This document shows positions 9,725 to 17,943 of a stretch of 32,000 nucleotides of DNA, piece after piece. A program made the position numbers and the translations under genes. Below the pieces are notes generated by a model. The model did not search any database. It saw nothing but the letters and a program-made list of their open reading frames with translations, and was not told where the DNA came from. Positions within the stretch are counted from its first letter, which is position 1, and every line of letters begins with the position of its first letter. Location: positions 3,480,001 through 3,512,000 of the forward strand of contig NC_014972.1 of assembly GCF_000186885.1 (NCBI RefSeq), in the 5' to 3' direction. This stretch comes from Desulfobulbus propionicus DSM 2032 (GTDB lineage: Bacteria; Desulfobacterota; Desulfobulbia; Desulfobulbales; Desulfobulbaceae).

Positions 9725-9905
9725 GCAACCCGTCTTGTCGCCGCAAGGTCGGGGTCATACGGTTCAGGCAGGTCTTCTGACTTCCGGATCGTCCTTCTTC
9801 CGCGCCTTCCCGTTGTCACAGTGGCGTATGTGCGAAAGTTGTCCCCGGCTACAGCGGCGGGCCCGTTCCGGCTTTGAACCGGATTCCCTTTTCATCCGTT
9901 GATAC
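9725..9905 (-). ncRNA. Cobalamin (B12) riboswitch aptamer
   Basis: Minus strand reads 'AAGGGAATCCGGTTCAAAGCCGGAACGGGCCCGCCGCTGTAGCCGGGGAC', then 'GCCACTGTGACAACGGGAAGGCG', then the B12 box 'AGTCAGAAGACCTGCC' (plus-strand coordinates 9767-9782). Order and spacing match the conserved cobalamin riboswitch core. Confidence 0.9.
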
Positions 9906-9930
9906 GGACACCTGAACCACAGGTGCGGCC

Positions 9931-9959
9931 ATGGTACCTGCCACCCGGGGTGAAGTCAA
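9931..9959 (-). promoter_or_regulatory. Candidate sigma70 promoter for the riboswitch-led cbi operon
   Basis: Minus strand TTGACT-17 nt-TACCAT, about 25 nt upstream of the aptamer start. Confidence 0.35.
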
Positions 9960-10027
9960 GCCGCGAATGGAGCGCGTGGCGCAAAAAGCCCGGGTCCGGC
10001 AGGCCACGATCCCAGAGGCAGCCGCAC

Positions 10028-10846
10028 TCACCCGCCGTTTCCCGCCAACGGTTCCTGAGACGGTGTCGCCACCAGCGGCGGCAACAGGGTCTGCACCTCG
10101 TAGGCGGTCCACTGCAGAAGCCCGGAAAGGGTGGCCACGTTGATCCGATTGAGCCCCCGGGCGATTTCCTCGTAGCTTTTCCCTTTTTGCCGCAGCCGGC
10201 CAATCGACGCCGACAGCTGTTCCCGGGAAAAGCGTTTTTTCCCATCCGCTGGAGGCGGCGTTTCCGGCTCCTGGCCGGCATGGGGCATCGGCCCGCGGCG
10301 TGGGTCAAGCTGAAGCGGCAGTTCGATCACCTGGTAGAGTTCATCGGTCCCTTGCGTGACCTGGAGGGGGGCGGATGCAGCTGCTTCGTCCGCCTCAGCC
10401 GCGTTTTGTGTGGCGGGCTGCAGGGGCTTGTATTCCAGTTGCAGGCCCACCATCAGCCGCATCAGATCGTCAATCTGACGGTCGCGGCGGGCCAGCTGTT
10501 CGCGCATGTCCTCCAACTGTTCACGAAGCAGCTCGATCTGATCCTTGTAGGCGAGGAGCAGGTCCTGGAGAAAGTCGCTGCCCGGCTCGGTCGGTTTGGT
10601 CGGGGCACCGGCCCTGGCTGCGGCGGGTTCCTCGCCGTCGCGGGGGTAGGCGGCGAGCAGCTGCCGCCCCTCGTCCCATCGCTCCAGATCGGCATAGCGG
10701 AACCGGACCTCCTGCTTGCCGGTCACCGGGTTGAGCACCAGCTTATAGGGCAATCCCCGCTTGCGGTAGCGGCTGATGGATTTGGTCGAGACGTTGAGGA
10801 AATCGGCCGCCTCTTTCTGGGTGACCATGTAGTCGTTGTCGCTCAT
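10028..10846 (-). CDS. DNA-binding protein: N-terminal MerR/excisionase-type HTH, central coiled coil, C-terminal resolvase/recombinase-like HTH
   Basis: Trimmed to the ATG at 10846 ('MSDNDYMVTQKEAADFLNVSTKSISRYRKRG'). Heptad-like 'YKDQIELLREQLEDMREQLARRDRQIDDLMRL'. C-terminal 'RLRQKGKSYEEIARGLNRINVATLSGLLQWTAYEVQTLL'. The start is 2 nt after the decarboxylase stop. Confidence 0.6.
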   Translation of the reverse strand: MSDNDYMVTQKEAADFLNVSTKSISRYRKRGLPYKLVLNPVTGKQEVRFRYADLERWDEGRQLLAAYPRDGEEPAAARAGAPTKPTEPGSDFLQDLLLAYKDQIELLREQLEDMREQLARRDRQIDDLMRLMVGLQLEYKPLQPATQNAAEADEAAASAPLQVTQGTDELYQVIELPLQLDPRRGPMPHAGQEPETPPPADGKKRFSREQLSASIGRLRQKGKSYEEIARGLNRINVATLSGLLQWTAYEVQTLLPPLVATPSQEPLAGNGG

Positions 10847-10848
10847 GC

Positions 10849-12285
10849 CTACCGTGTTCGGGGGTGATCCAGGCCGCTCCTTTCGGCCAGCAGTTCCCGG
10901 CCGGTTTCGATCACCGCCCGAAAAAAGGTGTCGATCTCGGATTTGTCGACGTTGATGTTGGTAATCAGCAACCGCAGCACCAATTCGCCGTTGACGAACC
11001 CGGTACCGACCAGGCTGCGGCCGGTGCGGTGCATCCGTTCCCGCAGTTCCTGATTGAAGGCGGCGGCAGGGATAGGCGCGGGAGGACGGAAGCGAAAACA
11101 GACGTTGAACGACTCCCGGGGCACCACCATTTCCAGCTCTGCGGCCTGTTGCACCTGCGCCTCGGCATAGGCGCACAGCTCAAGATAGTGTTCCACCCGC
11201 TCGGCCAACCCCTCGCGGCCATAAAATTTCCAATCAAGAAACCATTTGAGGCTGTCCACCCGCCGGCCGCACTGGAGCGACTGGGTGCCCAGATCGCGGA
11301 TCTCGCCGTTGTCGCCCTCGCGGAAGATGTAGCTCTCATCGCCGGCGCTGCACACCTGGCGAAGAATATCGGGCCGCTGATTGAACAGCAGCACGTTGCA
11401 CATCAGGGAGGTGCCCAGCATTTTATGAAAGTCCAGGGTGAACGAGTCGGCCTGCTCCAGATGGGGCAAGAACCGGGCGCGCAGCCGGTCGCTAAACACC
11501 ACCGCTCCCCCCCAGGCGCCGTCGACATGCAGCCAGAATTTGTATTGATCGCGCAGGGCGATGATTGGCTGCAGCAGGTCATAGGATCCCCGCACCGTGG
11601 TGCCGGCGGTGGCGGCGACAAAAAAGGGCACCCCGCCTGCGGCGGTGATCTCGGCCAGTCGTTGTTCCAGAGCGTCCACCCGCATCCGGCCGTGATCGTC
11701 CACCGGCACCTTGAGCAGATGCTCCGCCCCCAAACCGAGAATGTTGGACGCCCGGTCCATGGAGTAATGGGCGTCGGCATTGACCAGGGCGAACAGCGGC
11801 GGCCGGCCGAACAACCCCTGCTGCTTGACCGCCGGATCGGCGTTGTTGCGCGCCGCCATCATGGCGATCATGTTGGCGTTGCTCGAACCGGTGGTCATCT
11901 GACCGGTACCGTTGTGAAAACCGACCAGTTCAAGCATGGTCCGCAGCAGGTATTTCTCCATCAGGGTGGAGACTGGCGCGGTCTCGTACGTGCAGGCCGA
12001 GGTGTTGGTGACGGCGGTCACCATCTCGCCGATCACCGACGGCAGGTTGGCCCCGGCCCACATCCGGTTGAGGTAGGCGGGATGGCTGGTCCTGACCGCA
12101 TGGGTCAGATATTTCTCTACCCAGGCGAACAGCTGGTCCCAGTCTCCCCGCACGCCGCTGTCCAGATCCAGCCGTTGCCGCAGCTCCTCGGGATCGAGAT
12201 AGTCAACAAAGGGTCCCGTCGCCCGCTCTTGGGAGTAGCGGGTGAGGATCTGCAGCAACCGCGCTAAAATTTTTTCCTGCTCCAT
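10849..12285 (-). CDS. PLP-dependent group II amino-acid decarboxylase (GAD/CSAD/PanP/DABA-decarboxylase family; substrate unresolved)
   Basis: 478 aa. 'GSSNANMIAMMAARN', 'HVDGAWGGA', and the PLP-lysine motif 'DFHKMLGTSLMCNVLLF'. Confidence 0.85.
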   Translation of the reverse strand: MEQEKILARLLQILTRYSQERATGPFVDYLDPEELRQRLDLDSGVRGDWDQLFAWVEKYLTHAVRTSHPAYLNRMWAGANLPSVIGEMVTAVTNTSACTYETAPVSTLMEKYLLRTMLELVGFHNGTGQMTTGSSNANMIAMMAARNNADPAVKQQGLFGRPPLFALVNADAHYSMDRASNILGLGAEHLLKVPVDDHGRMRVDALEQRLAEITAAGGVPFFVAATAGTTVRGSYDLLQPIIALRDQYKFWLHVDGAWGGAVVFSDRLRARFLPHLEQADSFTLDFHKMLGTSLMCNVLLFNQRPDILRQVCSAGDESYIFREGDNGEIRDLGTQSLQCGRRVDSLKWFLDWKFYGREGLAERVEHYLELCAYAEAQVQQAAELEMVVPRESFNVCFRFRPPAPIPAAAFNQELRERMHRTGRSLVGTGFVNGELVLRLLITNINVDKSEIDTFFRAVIETGRELLAERSGLDHPRTR

Positions 12286-12599
12286 GTGTCCTGTGAAAGC
12301 TCCCTGTGGTCAGTGACGATGGCCAACAAACGCAACCTGCAACCACCCCGGCAGCATGACGAGCCGCCGGGAAAACCACCTTTTGTTCGATATATCCGCT
12401 TCGCCGTTTTCGGCGGACAGGAGGCGACGCAACCGCGCGATGCACCGTTTGCCGGAATCCCGGAAACACGGCGAAAGCGATTGCTCTATACTACAGGGGA
12501 GACGGATAATCGAACAGAAAGTGGCCCATGCCGATGGGGAAAACAGTGGTCTCGGCCCCAAACCGTTGCCACATGCAGCGCGGCCGCCCGGCGCGTCTC

Positions 12600-13187
12600 T
12601 CAGCTCTCGGGAGAGGCCAGGGTGTCGAGGTACACCATGCCCTCCAGCAACAGATGATCGACCCGTTCCTGCAGGCGCATGGTTGTCGGCACGGACATCT
12701 GACCGGGGTAAAAGGCAAAGGTTCCCTGGCGCCAGGACAAGGACTCGAAAAATGCCTCCTTGATCTGACGGATGAGCAGATCGTCCAGCCGGGCCGCGTC
12801 CACGTAGCCCTTCTCCTGAAGGAGGTGCCCCAGGGGGCGCGTGCCCTGGTCCTGCCGATGAAGGAGGAGGCATTCGTGCAGCTGTTCTTCGGTGATCATG
12901 CCGGATTCGAGCAGCATCTCACCGATTTTACGAGGATTGATGCGCAACATGCCATAGGTCAGCACGCCGCTGGCAAAATAAAAACTGCCGCTGTTTTCCG
13001 GGGCATGCACTTCGAGTTTTCCGCTGAGGGCGGCAAAATCGAACAGCTGAAAGATGTTCTCCAAGGCAATGGCGGCGATATCGCCCTGAAAGGCGGCCGC
13101 CGTTTTCGCGGGCTGATCGGCTGCGTGCCGGGAGGACGTCGGGGGGGCCTGCGGTGGGCCTGGTCTATTCAACGGATTGGTTTGCAT
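12600..13187 (-). CDS. DUF4388 domain protein with a C-terminal MshEN/T2SSE_N-like tandem motif
   Basis: 195 aa. 'GDIAAIALENIFQLFDFAALSGKLEV...GSFYFASGVL' is DUF4388-like. It is followed by 'RKIGEMLLESGMITEEQLHECLLLH' and 'RPLGHLLQEKGYVDAARLDDLLIRQ'. Confidence 0.65.
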   Translation of the reverse strand: MQTNPLNRPGPPQAPPTSSRHAADQPAKTAAAFQGDIAAIALENIFQLFDFAALSGKLEVHAPENSGSFYFASGVLTYGMLRINPRKIGEMLLESGMITEEQLHECLLLHRQDQGTRPLGHLLQEKGYVDAARLDDLLIRQIKEAFFESLSWRQGTFAFYPGQMSVPTTMRLQERVDHLLLEGMVYLDTLASPES

Positions 13188-13241
13188 GGTCGTGTTGGAG
13201 GTTTCTTGTGGTTGCGGGCCGTGCTCCCCTCTGCGGCCGTT

Positions 13242-14435
13242 CTACACGCGGACAATTTCCTCCGGCGCATGGGTCAGCACCTGCGGTCCGTCGGCTTGGA
13301 GCACAAAGGTGTTTTCCGTGCCGATGGCCCCTTCCGGGAAGACGAATTTCGGCTCCAGGGCAAAGGTCATGCCGGCGGCCAGGGGCATCTTTACCCCGGT
13401 GGCGAAGATCGGATACTCGTCGAGTTCCAGACCGACGCCGTGGCCGATGAAGCGCACCCGGTCGTTGCCCATGCCCATGAAATGGTCCGCCAGCCCCATC
13501 TGCTCGGCCAGTTCGACCGATTTGGCGTAGACCGTTTCACAGAGGACCCCGGGCTTGAGCATGCCCACCAGTTCGGCCTGGATGGCCAGCGCCGCCGCAT
13601 GGGCCTGGCGCAACCGCGCGGAGACATCGCCGAGGACAAACATCCGGGCGCCGTCGGCGGTGTAGCCGTTGATCACGCAGGTGTAGTCGATGTAGACGAC
13701 TTCGTTCTTGCCGATGGTCTTCCAGCCGGCGCCGTGCGGGTTATTGGCCGGGGTCAGGCCGCAGCCCCCCACCGGCCCGTCGAAGTAGGTAGGGGCGGCG
13801 CCACTTGATCCGGAGGTGACGTTGCCCATGAAGAAGTCCTGGTTGAAGGCGCGCATCTTGGAACAGCCGCCGTAGCCGCGTTTGCGCATCCCGGCCTCGA
13901 ACAGGCTGGCCAGTTCAATTTCGGTCATGCCCTCGCGCAGCCAGGAGGGCACCTCGGCAAAGACCTGATCGAGCACGCCGCAGGCGCGGTGGAGCAGATC
14001 GATCTCATAGGCGGATTTGATGGTGCGGAGGCGCCTGAGGACATCCGAGATGTCGGAGAAGGTGGTGTCGTTGAAGACCTTGGCATAGAACTGCCAGGTA
14101 TTGTAGGGGATGACATCCAGCTCCAGGCCCAGGGTCTCGATTGCAAACCCCCGATCCTTGAGCAGGTCGGGAATCGCCTTCAGGCTCTTCACCTCCAGGA
14201 TGGTGTCGATCGGCGACTCGGTGCAGGCCCGCTCGAAACTCTTGCGCACCATGAGAACCGGTTGGCCGGCGCGGGGGATGAACAGATGGCTCGATTGCGA
14301 GGTGCCGCTAAGATAGAACAGGTTGGTATGGTGGATGATCAGGGCGCCGTCGAGCCCCAGCTGCTCCAGGGTCTGCTGAAAGGTGGCGATGCGCGCGTCA
14401 ATCTCGCTTTTTGGCGTGTACAGCATGTCCGTCAT
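13242..14435 (-). CDS. M24 family metallopeptidase (Xaa-Pro aminopeptidase/creatinase-like)
   Basis: 'HGVGLELDEYP', 'DYTCVINGYTADGARM' and 'FALEPKF' form the pita-bread metal-ligand pattern, with a creatinase-like N-terminal domain. Start set at the ATG at 14435 ('MTDMLY'), which has AGGGGGA 8 nt upstream. The track ORF starts 11 codons earlier (14468). Confidence 0.85.
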   Translation of the reverse strand: MTDMLYTPKSEIDARIATFQQTLEQLGLDGALIIHHTNLFYLSGTSQSSHLFIPRAGQPVLMVRKSFERACTESPIDTILEVKSLKAIPDLLKDRGFAIETLGLELDVIPYNTWQFYAKVFNDTTFSDISDVLRRLRTIKSAYEIDLLHRACGVLDQVFAEVPSWLREGMTEIELASLFEAGMRKRGYGGCSKMRAFNQDFFMGNVTSGSSGAAPTYFDGPVGGCGLTPANNPHGAGWKTIGKNEVVYIDYTCVINGYTADGARMFVLGDVSARLRQAHAAALAIQAELVGMLKPGVLCETVYAKSVELAEQMGLADHFMGMGNDRVRFIGHGVGLELDEYPIFATGVKMPLAAGMTFALEPKFVFPEGAIGTENTFVLQADGPQVLTHAPEEIVRV

Positions 14436-14498
14436 GAAGAGGTCCCCCTGTGCGTGCGTTTGAAACAAACTCCCGGTTTGACAGCAAAGTTGCAGGCA

Positions 14499-14527
14499 AA
14501 CCTATTCAACAAACGACGATCTGTCAA
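14499..14527 (-). promoter_or_regulatory. Candidate sigma70 promoter upstream of the M24 peptidase gene
   Basis: Minus strand TTGACA-17 nt-TAGGTT in the 130-nt gap after nspC. Confidence 0.25.
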
Positions 14528-14601
14528 TGCCTAGTCGGCCCGGCGGAACGCTTCCCCACTTGGCCGTGAGCAAGCGTTGTTGCCCACCGTAAGGGCAGGA
14601 T

Positions 14602-15782
14602 TCAGCTCAGGCGCGTTTTGAACTCCTCGTAACCGAAGCGGCGCACCAGCACGAGTTCGTCGTCGTCCGGCCGGTAGCGCATGATCGAGGGCAACTGCAC
14701 GCCGTTGAAGGTATTGGTTTTGACCATGGTGTAGATGGCCATGTCGGTGAACACCAGCCGGTCGCCGGGGGCAAGCTCCGCATCGAAGGAGTATTCGCCG
14801 GCCACGTCGCCGGCCAGGCAGGAGAGCCCGCCGATCCGGCAGGTCCAGGCTTTTTCTCCCGCTTCGCCCGAGCCGACGATGTGCGGCCGGTAGGGCATTT
14901 CCAGCACATCGGGCATGTGGGCAGGCACCGAGGCATCGATGATGGCGATCGGCATATCGGCGTTCACCACGTCGAGCACCGTGGCCACCAGGTAACCAGC
15001 GTTGAGAGCCACCGCCTCGCCGGGTTCGAGATAGACCTGTACCCCCCAACGGTCCTGGAAGCGGCCCACAATATCGATCAGCAAATCGAGCTGATAGCCG
15101 GGACGGGTGATGTGGTGGCCGCCGCCGAAGTTGATGTAGGCCATCTGCGGGATCACCTCGGCAAAGTTCCGTTCCACTGCGGCCACGGTCCGCTGCAAAC
15201 AGTCGGCGTCCTGCTCGCAGAGGTTGTGCCAGTGCAGGCCGCTGATGCCGTCGAGCAGATCGGCGCGGAAATCTTTCCTGCGGATGCCCAGCCGCGAGCC
15301 CGGCGCACACGGGTCATAGATGGGGGTGGCTCCTTCGGAATGCTCGGGATTGACGCGCAGGCCGAACTTCAGCTCCCGACCTGTCCGCTTAGCTGTGGTT
15401 TCAGCCAGACTGCGGAACCGCTGCCACTGGCCAAAGGAATTGAACACCAAATGATCACTGGTCACGGCCAACTGCTCGATATCGTGTTCGGAGTAGGCGG
15501 CGGCAAAGCTGTGCACCTCGCGGCCGAACTCCTCGCGGCCGAGCCGGGCCTCGTGCGGCGAGCTGCAGCAGACCCCATCCAGCACCTGCCGGAGCAGCGG
15601 AAAGACGCTGAACATGGCAAAGCATTTCAGAGCCAGGAGGATCTTGCAACCGGTGGCCTGCTTGACCTGGGCAAGGAGAGCGAGGTTGTCGGCCAGCAAC
15701 CCCTCGTCGACCACGAAGGCCGGAGTCACCACTCGCGCCGGATCGAAGCGGCAACCGTATCGGCCGTGAAAGCGGGCTTCGT

Positions 15783-15786
<4 letters not shown>
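14602..15786 (-). CDS. nspC: Carboxynorspermidine/carboxyspermidine decarboxylase
   Basis: 394 aa. 'TPAFVVDEGLL', PLP-lysine context 'ILLALKCFAM', 'INFGGGHH', 'GGLSCLAGD'. GTGA start/stop overlap with the upstream dehydrogenase gene. Confidence 0.85.
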
Positions 15787-16973
<1,187 letters not shown>

Positions 16974-17105
16974 GGGGAGCCTCCTTCAAACGTGTTAAAA
17001 CTGGCAGAAAATCGGTTAATTGCCCATTGGAGCAAGCAGGACGTGAACAGGTTTCCCCCCGTGCGGCCGGACTGACGCCGGAACCGTGGAATGGGCCGCG
17101 ATTGC

Positions 17106-17942
17106 TCAGCTCCGCCAGTCCATACCGATGTCGCAGGCGCGGGCACTGTGGGTGAGTGCCCCGACCGAGATGATATCCACCCCGGTCTCGGCGATACCGC
17201 GCACGGTGTCCAGGTTGACCCCGCCCGAGGCCTCGATGATCGCCCGACCGTCGATCAGGTTCACCGCCTGGCGCATGGTGGCCAGATCCATGTTGTCGAG
17301 CATGATCACCCCCACGCCGCAGGCCAGACACTCCTCCACCTGGGCGAGCGTATCGGTCTCGACCTCGACGTTGATGGTGTGCGGCACTCGGGCCCGCACC
17401 CGGCGCACCGCCTCGGTGATCGAGCCGCAGGCCGCGATGTGGTTGTCCTTGATGAGCACGCCGTCGCTGAGGCTGTAGCGGTGGTTGCGGCCGCCGCTGG
17501 CCCGCACCGCGTACTTTTCCAACAACCGCAGACCGGGCGTGGTCTTGCGGGTATCGACGATGGTGGCCTTGGTGTGCCTGACCGCGTCAACAAAGGCCGT
17601 GGTCAGGGTGGCGATGCCGCACAACCGTTGCACCAGGTTGAGCGCCACCCGCTCGCCCCGCAACAGGGCACGGGTGGCGCCGCTGATGGCGAGCAACGCC
17701 GTGCCGGTCTCGACCCGGGTGCCGTCGGCCACGGCATCGGTGCAGACCACGCTTGGATCGAGCAGACGAAAGACCCGCGCGGCCACGGTTTCCATGCCGA
17801 CCACGGTCATGGGGTGGCGGGCGATGAAATAAGCCTGGGCCTGGTCTTCGGGGCTGAAAATGGCCTCGGTGGTGATATCGCTGTGTTCCAGATCTTCGGC
17901 GAGCAGGTTCCGCAGCAGGGGATCGAGCAAAAAGGTATCCAT
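17106..17942 (-). CDS. nadC: Nicotinate-nucleotide diphosphorylase (carboxylating) / quinolinate phosphoribosyltransferase
   Basis: 278 aa. 'DTRKTTPGLR', 'GGGRNHR'-type 'ASGGRNHRYSLSD', 'IMLDNM', 'EASGGV'. Confidence 0.9.
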   Translation of the reverse strand: MDTFLLDPLLRNLLAEDLEHSDITTEAIFSPEDQAQAYFIARHPMTVVGMETVAARVFRLLDPSVVCTDAVADGTRVETGTALLAISGATRALLRGERVALNLVQRLCGIATLTTAFVDAVRHTKATIVDTRKTTPGLRLLEKYAVRASGGRNHRYSLSDGVLIKDNHIAACGSITEAVRRVRARVPHTINVEVETDTLAQVEECLACGVGVIMLDNMDLATMRQAVNLIDGRAIIEASGGVNLDTVRGIAETGVDIISVGALTHSARACDIGMDWRS

Positions 17943-17943
17943 A

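Noticed and set aside
12286-12599. The 315-bp region upstream of the decarboxylase, considered as a possible riboswitch.
   Set aside because: It contains only short trivial hairpins (CGCCG-N4-CGGCG, CCGG-N4-CCGG) and a weak TTCGAT-N15/18-TAGTAT/TATAGA promoter-like sequence. I could not match any known riboswitch core. It is mentioned only as a possible target of the adjacent HTH protein.
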